Shown here piece by piece: positions 1-10,392 of a stretch of DNA of 64,000 nucleotides; position 1 is the stretch's first letter, and the number at the start of each line of letters is the position of its first letter. Made by a program: the position numbers and the translations under genes. The notes under the pieces were generated by a model that worked only from the letters and a program-made list of their open reading frames with translations, was not told where the DNA came from and searched no databases. Source of the DNA: Candidatus Sericytochromatia bacterium. Lineage in GTDB: Bacteria; Cyanobacteriota; Sericytochromatia; S15B-MN24; VGJW01. The stretch covers positions 1-64,000 of the forward strand of contig JAYKHS010000017.1 of NCBI GenBank assembly GCA_035285865.1, written 5' to 3'.

Positions 1-149
1 AGGTGCCCGACGGCTCGGCGCTGGCGCAGCTTCAGGAGCGGGGCTATGCCGAGAAGTACCGCGCCCCCGGCGTCACCGTGACGCAGGTCGGCATCGAATT
101 AAGCCGGGAAGAACGCAACATCGTCGGGTTTGAGGTGGTGGAGGGCTGA
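1..149 (+). CDS. 3' end of an AAA-ATPase-like / PD-(D/E)XK nuclease domain protein (cut by window edge)
   Basis: Frame from nt 3 reads VPDGSALAQLQERGYAEKYRAPGVTVTQVGIELSREERNIVGFEVVEG*, matching the ALxQxxxxxYxxKY...GxxFxxxxRNI tail of PDDEXK_9-type domains. Confidence 0.75.
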   Translation, partial: VPDGSALAQLQERGYAEKYRAPGVTVTQVGIELSREERNIVGFEVVEG

Positions 150-215
150 AGCGGTGAGTCCGTTGGCTCGTGTGCCTTTCATGCTTCGGTCGCGGCCCCG
201 TGCATACCGACTCTG

Positions 216-650
216 CTAGAGCAGCAGAGTCCCGCCGATCACGACCAGCAGGGCACCCAGCACCTGTCGCAGGTTCAGGGGCTCATGCAGGACCAGCATG
301 CCCACCACGATCGTGACCACGGGCGCTGCCGCGAACATGAACGGGAAGGTCCGGGATACGGCCGCATCCTTCAGCAGCGCGTACCAGGCGATTTGGGCCA
401 CGACCAGCGATGCGAGGCCGCTGGCCGCGAACCAGCCCCAGGCGGCAGGCGGTATTCTGCGGAACGCGCTGGTGCCGCCTGCCGCCGAGAAGAGCAGCGG
501 CAGGCCGATCAGGGCTGCTGTCGCCAGCCGTGCCGCCACCCCGACGAGCGGGCTGCCTGCAGCCCGCTCGAGCGCCAGCTTGTCGAAGACCGGCACGAGG
601 CCCCAGAGCAGGGTCGTGACGAGGACCAGCATCCAAGCCTGAGGTGTCAT
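216..650 (-). CDS. EamA/DMT family small transporter
   Basis: About 5 TM segments; tail PVVTIVVGMLVLHEPL...LGALLVVIG. Start moved to the MTPQ ATG at 650. Confidence 0.85.
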   Translation of the reverse strand: MTPQAWMLVLVTTLLWGLVPVFDKLALERAAGSPLVGVAARLATAALIGLPLLFSAAGGTSAFRRIPPAAWGWFAASGLASLVVAQIAWYALLKDAAVSRTFPFMFAAAPVVTIVVGMLVLHEPLNLRQVLGALLVVIGGTLLL

Positions 651-823
651 GCCCCCCATGATGCCCCTGCCGGTCCCCTCGTCGTCCACCCCCGGGCAGG
701 CAGGCGCGGAAGGAACCATTGGCCGCTGCCTCCGATCCAGGTGGTCGGAAGTGCCCATGCGGGCGAGGCTCCGGAGCGGCAGGGTGACCGTGTCGGACAG
801 CGGTCCGGATGGAGGGTCAGGCC

Positions 824-1390
824 GTGGCCAAGCGCAGGTCGGGGTGGATTCTGGGACTGGTGCTCGCGGGTTGTGCGAGCCATCCGGGACAGCCTGCGGC
901 TCCGGGTGCCGAGGGGCGCGCTGCGGAGCGTCGGCTCGTGGTGGATCTTTCCGCCACGACGCCTGGGGCGCGGCAGTTGCAGGCCATCGTGCACCGCTGG
1001 ATCCCTTCGGACGTGGCCCGGTTCCAGGTGCTGCTGGATCAGCGTGGCCCCGACGGTCCCGGTGGCGTGCCCACGTGGCTTTCCCAAGCGAGCGTTGCGG
1101 TGCAACCTGCCTTGGGTCACAGCCAGGCGGTCTTCGGGAACCTTACGGCACAGCGCGCCTATCGGCTGACGGTCCAGGCCTTCACGGCCGATCAACAGCA
1201 CATCAACAGCCAGCGTCCGGTCGTGGTGCCTTTTGATTTCCAGGGTGACAACGACATCGAGGACACACGTGTCCTGGTGGTCGACGTGCCCTTGGACGAC
1301 ATGCCCTTCGCCGGTCAGGCGGGCCTCGCGCTGACACCGCTGGACGGAGCCTTCGTGACGGATGGTCCCGTCACCGGCGGCCCCTTCTGA
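824..1390 (+). CDS. Uncharacterised lipoprotein (candidate pilin-like subunit)
   Basis: Lipobox LAGC; GGAGGG RBS before the GTG at 824; RLVVDL strand then RQLQA. Paralogous to the next gene. Confidence 0.75.
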   Translation: MAKRRSGWILGLVLAGCASHPGQPAAPGAEGRAAERRLVVDLSATTPGARQLQAIVHRWIPSDVARFQVLLDQRGPDGPGGVPTWLSQASVAVQPALGHSQAVFGNLTAQRAYRLTVQAFTADQQHINSQRPVVVPFDFQGDNDIEDTRVLVVDVPLDDMPFAGQAGLALTPLDGAFVTDGPVTGGPF

Positions 1391-1406
1391 GGGTAGGGTG
1401 GCCGTC

Positions 1407-2165
1407 ATGACCTGGACTGCAGGGTTCGCCTGGGTGGCGAGCCTCCTGCTGGCAGGGTGCGGACTGTCCGGGGCGCTCGACGCCGGCCGCGCTCGCGGCC
1501 GCGTCGAGGTCCTCGTGCGCCCGGACGTCGCGAGCGCCCGTCACCAACAGGCGCTCGTCCGCCGTTGGCGTGCCGCCGACGTCGCGACGTGGCGGTTGCG
1601 GGGTGTCTTGGATGGTGCGCCCCTGCCTGAGGTGTTGCTTCCTGCCGCTTCGACAGGCCCGACCACGGGGGGGTGGCGCGGATTGCACCCGGGCGCAAGC
1701 CTCGCCGTCACCGTCGAGGCGCTGGCCTCCGGCAGCCCCGCGCCTGTCATTTCGCAGGCACCGGCCACGGCCACGCTCGTGCTGGGCAGCGGCAACGATC
1801 TGGAGGATCGCCTGGTCTTGCCGCTCGCCGTTGCCCTGGCCGACCAGCCCTTTTCGGGCACGGTCACGTTTCCGATTGTCCCGCCGGCCGGTACGTCCAC
1901 CGTCAGCGTCGCGCTGCTGCGGCAACCGGATGGATTGGTGGACTGGGAGGGCGAACTGACGGTGGTGCCGGATCTGGCTTGTCGGCTCACGGGCTTGCCT
2001 GCGGGCGTCACGTGGCTGGCGCGCGTCCGCAATCGGCCGCTCTTCTGCCGCAAGGGTGGCTGTGCAGGCCCCCTGCGCGAGGCGACGACGGACACCTTCG
2101 GTTTCGATGCCGCGGCGACCCTGCTCGAGGACACCGTGGTCACGGCTCTCGGGAGCTGGAACTGA
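1407..2165 (+). CDS. Uncharacterised lipoprotein, paralog of 824-1390 with an extra C-terminal domain
   Basis: Lipobox LAGC. Shares RxxQAhVxRWxxxDVA, GxNDhED and hxLxDxPFxG with the upstream gene. Confidence 0.75.
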   Translation: MTWTAGFAWVASLLLAGCGLSGALDAGRARGRVEVLVRPDVASARHQQALVRRWRAADVATWRLRGVLDGAPLPEVLLPAASTGPTTGGWRGLHPGASLAVTVEALASGSPAPVISQAPATATLVLGSGNDLEDRLVLPLAVALADQPFSGTVTFPIVPPAGTSTVSVALLRQPDGLVDWEGELTVVPDLACRLTGLPAGVTWLARVRNRPLFCRKGGCAGPLREATTDTFGFDAAATLLEDTVVTALGSWN

Positions 2166-2281
2166 CTCCCTTGAAGTCGACGTTAAAGACAGCACCTAAT
2201 CTCCGCCGTCGGCCCACAATCCCGTAGGGGTGGTGGCGCATCGCTTGCTGCCTTAAGGGTAGGTAAGCGACAGGAATCGAC

Positions 2282-4456
2282 ATGGCGAGCGGTATACGGG
2301 CCATCCGGCCGGCAGCGGGCGTGCTGCTGGGCGTGCTGGTCGCGCTGACTGGCTGTCGGACCGGATTTTCCGGGGATTTTTCCGGGCTCGGCAAGGCCGG
2401 GGTTGTCGTGTCGACTCCGGACGCCGCTCCGAAGTTCGACCTGGTGGGTCGCGTGACGGATGCCGACGGGCAGGGCCTGATTGCGGTGCAGGTTCGTGCC
2501 GTGCGCGTGGGTGAACTGCCCGCCGAGTCTTCGGCGCGCCTCGTGGCCAATGATGTTGCTGCGTTGATAGGCAATCACGCCGCCGGCCTCGTCGCCAACG
2601 CCGCAGGCGCGCTCGTGGCCAACCAGGCGGCTGGCCTCGCGGCTGCCGCTCGGCGGACGCTTTCCGTCGATGCCCTTACGGACGTCGAGGGCCGCTTCCG
2701 TTTGCAGTTGCCCGCCGGGCGTTACAACCTCGAGGCGATCCGTTCGCGAACGGACAAGGGCTGGGCGGCGAACATCCTGGTCGGGGCGGATGTCGTTTCG
2801 GGCGAAGTTCGCCTCAGCGTCAGTCCGGTCGCGGTCCTCGGGGGCAAGGTCACGCTGCCGGGGGCCCCGGGGGATCGGCCGTCGCCTGGCGGTGAAGTGC
2901 TGATTGCGGGCAGTGCCTACGTGGCTCGGGTTGCTGCAGATGGCACGTGGCAACTGCCGGATGTCCCGGCCGGCCAGCACGATCTGGTGTTCTGGCATCC
3001 GGACTTCGGGGCTGCCCGCCTCTTCGGGGATGCGGGCCTTCTCGTCCTGCCGGGGGTGGCGCGCACCCTTCCGACACTTCGCCTGGCACCCAAGGGTCAG
3101 CCGTGGCAACTGGGTGCGTCTCCAGTGCCCGTGGCTTCCCCATCGGTCGCACCGACACCGACAACGGTCCCCACGGTGACTCCGAGCGCCCCTGCGGTGA
3201 CGCCGACACCCGGGTTGCCGTCTCCTGAACCGACTCAGGTCGTCGCCTCGCCGACAGCTTCGCCCTCGCCGCAGCAGACCGCTGCGCCCACGTTCGCGCC
3301 CTCGCCGGTCGTGCCACCCACGGCCCAGCCAACCGTGAGCCCTTCCGCGGCGCCTGCGGCTTCCCCCGCAACGGAACGCACGCCGATCCCGGATGAGTCC
3401 CAGCTGCCCTTCCCGTTGGAGACGCCGACGCCTGCACCTACGCCTTCGACCGCTCCTTCGTCGACTCCTACGGCGGCCCCATCGGTGCCGCCCGATCCAA
3501 CGTTCTTCACCAAGGCGTTCTACGCTCAGGGAGATCGCATCAAGTCCGTCGACTTTTCCGAAGATGCGAAGCTGTTCGTGCTGGGCTACGACGGCGGTGC
3601 CGTGACGGTGGGCGACATGGTGTCGGGCAATCCGATGGTGACCTGGCAGTTGGGCTCGTCCGTACGGGGCGTATCCATCGGCGTGGACGACGCGACCCGC
3701 GATCCGGACACGGGACTTGGGGCAAGCTACATGGTCACCTCGGCCACCGATGGTGGGCGCATCGACCAGCGTCGGGTATCGGGCAACATCCCGCCCGTGC
3801 TCGTCACGCCCGTGGCGAGTCTCTCCACCCGGTTCCAGCTCTATTGGGCCTTTTCGACCGGAGTCGACGGCCGGGTCTGGGCAGGTGGCAACGGCAACAA
3901 GGCCGCCGTGTATGACTTGGCCACGGGTGCGGAGTCGCTTGCGCTGAGTGCGATGGGATGGGTCCGCGCCGGGGATGCACGTGGCGGGCGGCTTGCTTAT
4001 GGGGCCGACGACTGGATGGCCCGCGTGGTCAATCTGGCCGATGGTACGGCGTTCTTCTCGTCACCCTTCCAAAGCGGCCCGGTCACGGCCGTCTCGCTTT
4101 CCGGTGACGGCGGCAGGGTCGCGGTGGGTGGTGGCGATGGCAAGATTCGCGTCTATGATGTCGCGACCGGGGCCGAGTTGCGCAGGTTCACGATTGAGAC
4201 CGGTGGCGGCGGCTCATCTGAAATCCGCGCCGCCGCACTGACTCCTGATGGCCAATGGCTTGCTTATGGCGGAACGGACGGTGTCGTGCATCTGGGCAGC
4301 ATGGCCGACGGCAGGGTCGTGGCCGACTTCCGCCCGGGTGGCACGGTCGTCAATGCCCTGCGCTTCACGACGGACGGAACCCCGACCGGGAAGGGCAATC
4401 AGCTGTTGGTGGGCACCCAGGGTGCCGGAGCCATCCTCTACGAATTCGACTGGTAG
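2282..4456 (+). CDS. Lipoprotein: carboxypeptidase-regulatory-like domains, Pro/Thr linker, C-terminal WD40 propeller
   Basis: Lipobox LTGC; GRVTDADG and TDVEGRF motifs; PT-rich linker; WD40 motifs (VTAVSLSGDG, DGKIRVYD). Confidence 0.85.
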   Translation: MASGIRAIRPAAGVLLGVLVALTGCRTGFSGDFSGLGKAGVVVSTPDAAPKFDLVGRVTDADGQGLIAVQVRAVRVGELPAESSARLVANDVAALIGNHAAGLVANAAGALVANQAAGLAAAARRTLSVDALTDVEGRFRLQLPAGRYNLEAIRSRTDKGWAANILVGADVVSGEVRLSVSPVAVLGGKVTLPGAPGDRPSPGGEVLIAGSAYVARVAADGTWQLPDVPAGQHDLVFWHPDFGAARLFGDAGLLVLPGVARTLPTLRLAPKGQPWQLGASPVPVASPSVAPTPTTVPTVTPSAPAVTPTPGLPSPEPTQVVASPTASPSPQQTAAPTFAPSPVVPPTAQPTVSPSAAPAASPATERTPIPDESQLPFPLETPTPAPTPSTAPSSTPTAAPSVPPDPTFFTKAFYAQGDRIKSVDFSEDAKLFVLGYDGGAVTVGDMVSGNPMVTWQLGSSVRGVSIGVDDATRDPDTGLGASYMVTSATDGGRIDQRRVSGNIPPVLVTPVASLSTRFQLYWAFSTGVDGRVWAGGNGNKAAVYDLATGAESLALSAMGWVRAGDARGGRLAYGADDWMARVVNLADGTAFFSSPFQSGPVTAVSLSGDGGRVAVGGGDGKIRVYDVATGAELRRFTIETGGGGSSEIRAAALTPDGQWLAYGGTDGVVHLGSMADGRVVADFRPGGTVVNALRFTTDGTPTGKGNQLLVGTQGAGAILYEFDW
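2540..2640 (+). repeat. 8-aa coding repeat L(V/I)(A/G)NxxxX, four copies
   Basis: LVANDVAA LIGNHAAG LVANAAGA LVANQAAG; related copies at about 6758-6825 in the 6548 gene. Confidence 0.85.
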
Positions 4457-4581
4457 CCACGGTTCTCGACAAGGCTCGGAGTGGCCGGATCGGGCGGCTT
4501 CGCGGATAATGAGTCTGGAGTCTCCTAAGGCCCCCATATATTCCTTTTTTCTGTTCCGACTTGTCGGGGTGTCCTTACAAC

Positions 4582-6510
4582 ATGAATCCTGAATCGCAGG
4601 CCTCCGTGGCCGCACCCGTCGTGCCGACCGGCTTCATCCCGCTCGGCCTCTCTCAGCCTTTGCTGGATGCGCTTGGCCACATGCAGCTGGTCGACCCGAC
4701 CGAGGTCCAGTCGCGGGCCTTCGGGCCGGCTCGCGAAGGTCGCGACCTGCTCGTCCAGTCCCGTACCGGTACGGGCAAGACCTTGGCGTTCCTGCTGCCG
4801 CTGATGGAGCGGCTGGGTGCGCGTGATCTCGAACAGGCGCCTCCCGGGGCCCTCGTGCTGGTCGTGACGCCCACCCGCGAGCTGGCCATGCAGGTCGGCC
4901 GTGTTGCCGTGCGCGTGGCGCGACCGTTGGACCGTCGGGTGGCCATCCTGACGGGTGGTACACCTTACGGCGATCAGTTCCGGGCGCTGCGCAGCGGTGC
5001 GGAGATTGTCGTCGGCACGCCCGGTCGTCTGGTGGACCATCTCGAGCGGGGTTCGCTCGATCTGTCGGGTTGCGTGGCCGTGGTCCTCGACGAGGCCGAC
5101 GAGATGCTGGACATGGGCTTTGCCGAGGATCTCGAGAAGATCCTGACGGGTGTGCCCGAGACGCGTCAGACGCTGCTGTTCTCGGCCACGATGGCGGATC
5201 AGGTCGAGGCCATCGCTCGGCGTCACCTTCGCAAGCCCGAGCACCTGGCCCTGTCCAGCGGCCTTGAGGCTGCCTCGACCCTGACCCACCGCGTCATCGA
5301 GGTCTTTCCTGACCGTCGCTTCGAGGTGCTTGCCAACCTCTTCAACATCGAGCCGCCCGAGTTGACCATGGTCTTCTGCCACACCAAACTCGAGACGGAG
5401 ACCCTTACGCGGCGCCTCGTCGCCGATGGCTTCAAGGCCGCCTACCTGAATGGCGATTTGCCCCAGGCCGTGCGTACCCGCACGCTGGAAGCCTTCCGGA
5501 CCCGCCAGGTGCCCATCCTCGTCGCGACCGACGTCGCGGCACGGGGTATCGACGTCCGCGGCGTCATGATGGTCGTCAACTACGACATGCCGGGTTCGGG
5601 CGAGACCTACGTCCACCGCTCCGGTCGCACGGGTCGTGCCGGTCGCGAAGGAGTCGTGCTCAATCTGGTCACGCCCAAGGATCGCGGACGCGTGCGGCGT
5701 CTGGCCGGCGAGGCCGGAATCACCTTCGAGACGCGGGCCGTCCCGACGGCCGAGGATGTACGCCAGCGCGTCCAGGACCGCGTGATGGAGGATCTGGCCC
5801 GGCGTTGCGAGGCTGCGGACTTCGGTGGTCTCGAGGTGTTTGCCGACCGGTTGCTCGCCAATCTGGCCCCCGTCCAGCTTGTGGCGGCCTTGCTGCAGGA
5901 CCTCCAGGAGGCAACGGCGATCCTGGCTTCCGGCTATGACGTGCCCATTCCCCCGCCGCCTCGGAGCCGACCGGTTTCCGCCGAGGCGCGTCCGCCCCGT
6001 CCTGTCCGTCAGCATCGCGAGCCCGAAGGCGGCGAGGATCGACTGCGTGCCCGCAGGCCCTTCCGGACCAAGGACGAGGATGGTCCGCCAGAGTCCGGGA
6101 TGGTGCGGGTTTCGGTTCCGCGCGGCAAGGCGCAAGCCGTTCGTCCGGGCTGGCTCGTGCGCTACATCTGTCAGCGCGCCGGCATCACCAGTGCCGAGAT
6201 CGGCTCGATTCGCCTCTATCAGGACTACAGCACCATCGACATCAAGCAGGAAGTCGCCGCTCAGGTCCAGGCCGTACTGGGCGATGGCCCCCGGCCAGGC
6301 AGGGCTCCTCGTGCCGAGAAGCGGGAGGGTGGCTTTGCGCCCCCGCCTCGGCGTCCACGCGAGGCGGGTCGCGAAGGCCCTGGCCGTGATGGCGCCGGTC
6401 GCGAGGGAGCTGGCGGTTGGTCCGGTCCGCCGCGTGCGGCGGGTCCGCGCAAGTCGTTTGGCAGCAAACCCGGTCAGGGCTTCGGGCGACCGCCTCGCGA
6501 TCGTGGCTGA
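4582..6510 (+). CDS. DEAD-box RNA helicase with DbpA-type RNA-binding domain (DeaD/CsdA-like)
   Basis: Motifs TGTGKT, PTRELA, TPGRL, DEAD, SAT, ARGID, HRSGRTGRAG; R/G-rich tail. Confidence 0.95.
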   Translation: MNPESQASVAAPVVPTGFIPLGLSQPLLDALGHMQLVDPTEVQSRAFGPAREGRDLLVQSRTGTGKTLAFLLPLMERLGARDLEQAPPGALVLVVTPTRELAMQVGRVAVRVARPLDRRVAILTGGTPYGDQFRALRSGAEIVVGTPGRLVDHLERGSLDLSGCVAVVLDEADEMLDMGFAEDLEKILTGVPETRQTLLFSATMADQVEAIARRHLRKPEHLALSSGLEAASTLTHRVIEVFPDRRFEVLANLFNIEPPELTMVFCHTKLETETLTRRLVADGFKAAYLNGDLPQAVRTRTLEAFRTRQVPILVATDVAARGIDVRGVMMVVNYDMPGSGETYVHRSGRTGRAGREGVVLNLVTPKDRGRVRRLAGEAGITFETRAVPTAEDVRQRVQDRVMEDLARRCEAADFGGLEVFADRLLANLAPVQLVAALLQDLQEATAILASGYDVPIPPPPRSRPVSAEARPPRPVRQHREPEGGEDRLRARRPFRTKDEDGPPESGMVRVSVPRGKAQAVRPGWLVRYICQRAGITSAEIGSIRLYQDYSTIDIKQEVAAQVQAVLGDGPRPGRAPRAEKREGGFAPPPRRPREAGREGPGRDGAGREGAGGWSGPPRAAGPRKSFGSKPGQGFGRPPRDRG

Positions 6511-6547
6511 CATGCTTTCCCGCCCCTCCGGTGGGTAAGTTGAACAC

Positions 6548-8149
6548 GTGTTGCGTCAGGCATTCGCTTGGCTTCCTGTCGCCTTGGCGGTGGGCAGCCT
6601 TCTGGCTTGTCGCCCGTCGAACCTGACGGCAAGGCGGGTCACGCCGACCCCGGCGGCCAGCGCGGGGGATGCCGCGCTCCCTCTCGCCAACCAGTTCAGT
6701 GGTGTCGTGTACGACGAGGCTGGCCAGCTCGCGGCCGGGGTGCCCGTCAAGTGTTATCTCGTGGCCAACGACGCTGCGGCACTCATCGCCTCGGGGCCTG
6801 CCGGACTCATCGGAAATGCCGCCGCGACCCGACGCTTGGCCGACGTCACGTCGGGCGGCGTGTCGTCGGTGGGCGAGGTTCGCACGGACGAACTGGGCCG
6901 ATTCCGCCTGCCGGTCACGCAGCCGTCGGCCCGCTACACCATCCTGGCCGAGCGCGATGCCCTGACCAAGGCTCTGATCCTCGCCCAGCCCGTCTCGACC
7001 GGGCTGACGCTCAAGCTGGCCCCCACCGGGACTATCTCGGGACGGGTCCGCAGCGTCTCGCCCGTCGTGAAGGACTTCCTGGGCACGACCGTCTTCCTAC
7101 CTGGCACCACCTACGTCGCTGCTGCCGCAGAGGACGGTTCCTTCACCCTTTCCAACATCCCCGAGGGTATCTATCGCCTGGTGGCCCTGCATCCCGACAT
7201 GGGCCGTGCCTATTCCGAGCGTCTTGTCGTCACTTCGGGCGAGACGACAGCCGTGACCGGGATGGTGCTGGACACGCCAGTACCCGAGATTCGTACCCTC
7301 TCGCCGAACCCGGCGGCCATCGGCGAGCGGGTCGTGGTCACGGGCACGGCCTTCGGGGCGTCACGCGGCGCGCGTGCCGAGGTCAGCATCAATGGTGTGA
7401 TTGCCCCGGGTCTGGAGCTGGCGGATGAGTCCATGGCCTTCGTCGTGCCGATGGGTGCCGGCTCCGGTGAGGTCTCGGCCCGCATCGGCAGCCTGACGGG
7501 GCCGGCGAAGCGGATCGACATCATCGACAACCTGCGCCTCGAACTCTCTCGAGCCGTCTCGTCGCAGGCCACGTGGTCCTGGGCAGGTACGTGGCCGTTG
7601 GCCATGGCTGCCACGCGGAGCATCGTGCTGCAAGGTTCCTCTCGCGGCGGGCCTTTTGCCTCGGTGCAGCCCGGTCCGTCGGGCATTCAGGTCCTGCAAG
7701 AGTCCGGTGCCGCGGTCGTGACCGGGGGCGTCATTCAGCCGCAGGGCGTGGGCAGGGTGCAGTTCCGTGCCCGGCGAGGCGAACTCGAGGCACTCCTGCC
7801 CGTGGTGCTGGTTCCGCAAATCGAGCGTGTCGAACGGGCACCGGGTGCCTTGCCTGTGCTTGCGCCCCTTCCGGTCGTCGGTGCTTCGCCCCTCCCGGGC
7901 TTGTCTCATGCTGTCGTCCTCAAGCCCGTCGCCCGCCATGCGGATGGAACGTCCTACGAGGGGCCGTGGGCGTGGGAGGTCCTGTCGGGCCCCGTGAAGG
8001 TCGACGGGAACGGACGTGTCGAGGCGATGGTGGGCAACTTCGACACCACGGCCCGGGTTCGGGCGCGTCCCCTGGCGGACCCTGACCAGATGGTGGATCT
8101 GACGCTCGAGGTGCGCAGCCAGGGAGAGTTGGCGGTGGAGATCCAGTGA
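6548..8149 (+). CDS. Lipoprotein with AN-repeats, carboxypeptidase-regulatory-like, IPT/TIG and Ig-like domains
   Basis: Lipobox LLAC; TDELGRF; IPT motif PEIRTLSP...GERVVVTGTAFG; ends in the strand GELAVEIQ. Confidence 0.8.
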   Translation: MLRQAFAWLPVALAVGSLLACRPSNLTARRVTPTPAASAGDAALPLANQFSGVVYDEAGQLAAGVPVKCYLVANDAAALIASGPAGLIGNAAATRRLADVTSGGVSSVGEVRTDELGRFRLPVTQPSARYTILAERDALTKALILAQPVSTGLTLKLAPTGTISGRVRSVSPVVKDFLGTTVFLPGTTYVAAAAEDGSFTLSNIPEGIYRLVALHPDMGRAYSERLVVTSGETTAVTGMVLDTPVPEIRTLSPNPAAIGERVVVTGTAFGASRGARAEVSINGVIAPGLELADESMAFVVPMGAGSGEVSARIGSLTGPAKRIDIIDNLRLELSRAVSSQATWSWAGTWPLAMAATRSIVLQGSSRGGPFASVQPGPSGIQVLQESGAAVVTGGVIQPQGVGRVQFRARRGELEALLPVVLVPQIERVERAPGALPVLAPLPVVGASPLPGLSHAVVLKPVARHADGTSYEGPWAWEVLSGPVKVDGNGRVEAMVGNFDTTARVRARPLADPDQMVDLTLEVRSQGELAVEIQ

Positions 8150-10392
8150 TGCTCCGGAACCTGCGCACGTTCCTGTCCTGCTTTCTGCTGGCGGCTTGTC
8201 AGGCGGTGCCGGCACCCTTGTCGGCACCGGCGCGGGAAGTGCCCGCGCAGCCGACTGGACCCCTGACGTCCGAAGCTTCCCCCGAGCGGTCCCGGGAACA
8301 GCCGGCGCCGGTTGCCGTGGCGCCTTTGGCGGCCGAGTTGGCCCCGGCGGGTGATGGCCTCCTGGTCGTCCGGGTGAGGTGGCCGGAGCCCGCCCGATCG
8401 GTCTTGCTGCTGCCCTTCAGCACCCAGCGCCTCGAGTTGGTGCTGAAGACCGCGTCCGGGACCGAACGCGGTCGGGTCAGTCTCGTGCGCCAGCCGGGCG
8501 TGGCCGTGGCAGAGGCCACCATGTCCGCAAGAGTCGGTACGGACCTCGTGCTCGAGGCCGAGGCCCGGGATGCCGCCGACGAAGTCGTGGCCACCGGCCG
8601 CGCCGAGGCCATCGCAGTGGCCGCGCATGTCCGCACGCCCGTCCAGTTGCTCCTCGAGCCAAGCTTCCGGCCGGCCCTGACGCGCATTCGGCCGGCCATC
8701 GCGGGACCCGGTGCCCGTGTCGTGCTGGAAGGCACCTTCCCCGTGGCGGCGAGTCGATCCGTCGGCGTCATCTTTGCAGGAGTCCCCGAGCAGGATGTGA
8801 CGCCGGCGACGGGAGCGCTCGAGGTCACGGTTCCCGAGGGCGTTCGCGAAGGATCGGTCGTCGTCCGGGTGGATGGCGTTCCGACGTTGCAGGGCTTGCC
8901 CTTCCGGCCGCTCGCCCGTGTCGGTTTCGTCGCAACCGGGGACGCCGTGCCTTGGTCCATCGACAATCGCCTTTATGGCTGGGCTGGCGGTGCCTTTCCG
9001 TTCATGCCGACGGGCGTGGTCGGAAGCGGTTCGGTCGAGGTCCTTCCCGATGATGCAGCCCGGGTCGTCTTGTCCGGGGAGGGAGCTTCCGAGGATGGGG
9101 TCTGGCGGCCGACATCGTTGGGTGACGGCGAGGTGAAGGTGACCTCCGGTCATCTGGTTGCCACGGCCGACCTTCGCGTCGGTTACGCGGCGCCACCGTT
9201 GTGGACGCTTCCGGACGGCTTTCGCGCGGATCGCGGCGTCACCATGATCGACACGTCCAGCGGATGGCTTGCCGCTTGGCAGCCCTTGTCCGCCAGCGGC
9301 AAGCAAAGCCTGATCCTACAGGGCATCAGCCCGGACGGCTCGCCGAGCGCTTCCGTGGCCTACAGGATGGACGTCTCTCCGGGGGAGGAGGCGATGGGCC
9401 TTGTCCGAGCGGGGAACTTCGTGGTCCTGGCAACCCGGGCGGATCCGGACACCGCAACGGGTTCGATCTCCATCGCCATGCTGGAACCCGATGGTCGGTT
9501 GCCTACCGATACGACGGGACGGGTCGGCCTCATCTCGCTGCCGGGCGAGGATCTGCGTCTCGGCACGCTCGTGGTGCGCGGGTCGCGGGTGCTGTTGGTC
9601 TGCTACAGCAGGTCCGGTCTCGCGTGGCGTCTGCGCACCTATGCCTTCGAGACCTCGGCCGGTCGGTTGGAACTGGCCGGGACCGGAGCCTTCGGATTCA
9701 CGGAGGCCTCGGGACTGACGCTCGATCCGCCCACCAGCGAGCGGGTCACCGCCGTGCCTTGGGGAGCCGGATACATGGTCTGGGCTTATGGCCTTGCCGG
9801 TGCCAGCCAGCGCCTGCTGCTGCGACTTGCGGTATCGGCCACGGGCAGCGTCGCGAACAACTCTGTCGTCGGGTTGACGACGAGTCCGCGCCTCGCGGCC
9901 TTGGCGCCCCGGCCCGACGGTGGTGCGTGGCTGGTGTCCCTGGCTCCCGCTGGGGGCGAGTTCGAGTTGCACGTGCGTGGCTTCGCGCACCCGACCGGCG
10001 CGCCGGCAGACCTCGATCCGGAGTCCTCCGAGGCGTCCGCGTCGCTGGTTCTTGGGGCATTGCCCGGGCCTGTTCCATTGGTCGGCATCGGCGATGCGCT
10101 CGTAGATCCCGTCCTGCACGCTCCATCGGTGCTGCCCGTGGGGGAGAACCTGCTGGTCGCTGCCACCGTGCGTCGACCCGACGGCAATGGTCACCGTCCG
10201 GTTGTCGTCTGGACCCGGCCTTTGCGCCTCGACAACGGCAGCCTGGCCCTCCTCGCGGCGTCGACGAACCCGCTCGCGGACGAGGGTGCCTCGGTTCGCC
10301 TCGCCAGGGACGCCTCCGGGATCCGGGCGATCTGGCGCACGGCTGCCGGTGAGATCCGGACGTGCCGGATCGTGGTGCCAACGGCGCCCTGA
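8146..10392 (+). CDS. Lipoprotein with IPT/TIG domain and a beta-rich C-terminal region
   Basis: Lipobox LAAC; start overlaps the upstream stop (GTGA); GLLVVRVRWP-RSVLLLP; IPT motif PGARVVLEGTF. Confidence 0.8.
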   Translation: MMLRNLRTFLSCFLLAACQAVPAPLSAPAREVPAQPTGPLTSEASPERSREQPAPVAVAPLAAELAPAGDGLLVVRVRWPEPARSVLLLPFSTQRLELVLKTASGTERGRVSLVRQPGVAVAEATMSARVGTDLVLEAEARDAADEVVATGRAEAIAVAAHVRTPVQLLLEPSFRPALTRIRPAIAGPGARVVLEGTFPVAASRSVGVIFAGVPEQDVTPATGALEVTVPEGVREGSVVVRVDGVPTLQGLPFRPLARVGFVATGDAVPWSIDNRLYGWAGGAFPFMPTGVVGSGSVEVLPDDAARVVLSGEGASEDGVWRPTSLGDGEVKVTSGHLVATADLRVGYAAPPLWTLPDGFRADRGVTMIDTSSGWLAAWQPLSASGKQSLILQGISPDGSPSASVAYRMDVSPGEEAMGLVRAGNFVVLATRADPDTATGSISIAMLEPDGRLPTDTTGRVGLISLPGEDLRLGTLVVRGSRVLLVCYSRSGLAWRLRTYAFETSAGRLELAGTGAFGFTEASGLTLDPPTSERVTAVPWGAGYMVWAYGLAGASQRLLLRLAVSATGSVANNSVVGLTTSPRLAALAPRPDGGAWLVSLAPAGGEFELHVRGFAHPTGAPADLDPESSEASASLVLGALPGPVPLVGIGDALVDPVLHAPSVLPVGENLLVAATVRRPDGNGHRPVVVWTRPLRLDNGSLALLAASTNPLADEGASVRLARDASGIRAIWRTAAGEIRTCRIVVPTAP

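Noticed and set aside
2241..2270. Imperfect hairpin upstream of 2282 as an ncRNA
   Set aside because: Single short stem with G-U pairs and no family resemblance; it may just overlap a promoter.
4525..6513. 662-aa minus-strand ORF, and similar long antisense ORFs (e.g. 25428-27377, 41472-43379, 34382-35941)
   Set aside because: Shadow frames of clearly recognisable genes, as expected at high GC; no motifs of their own.
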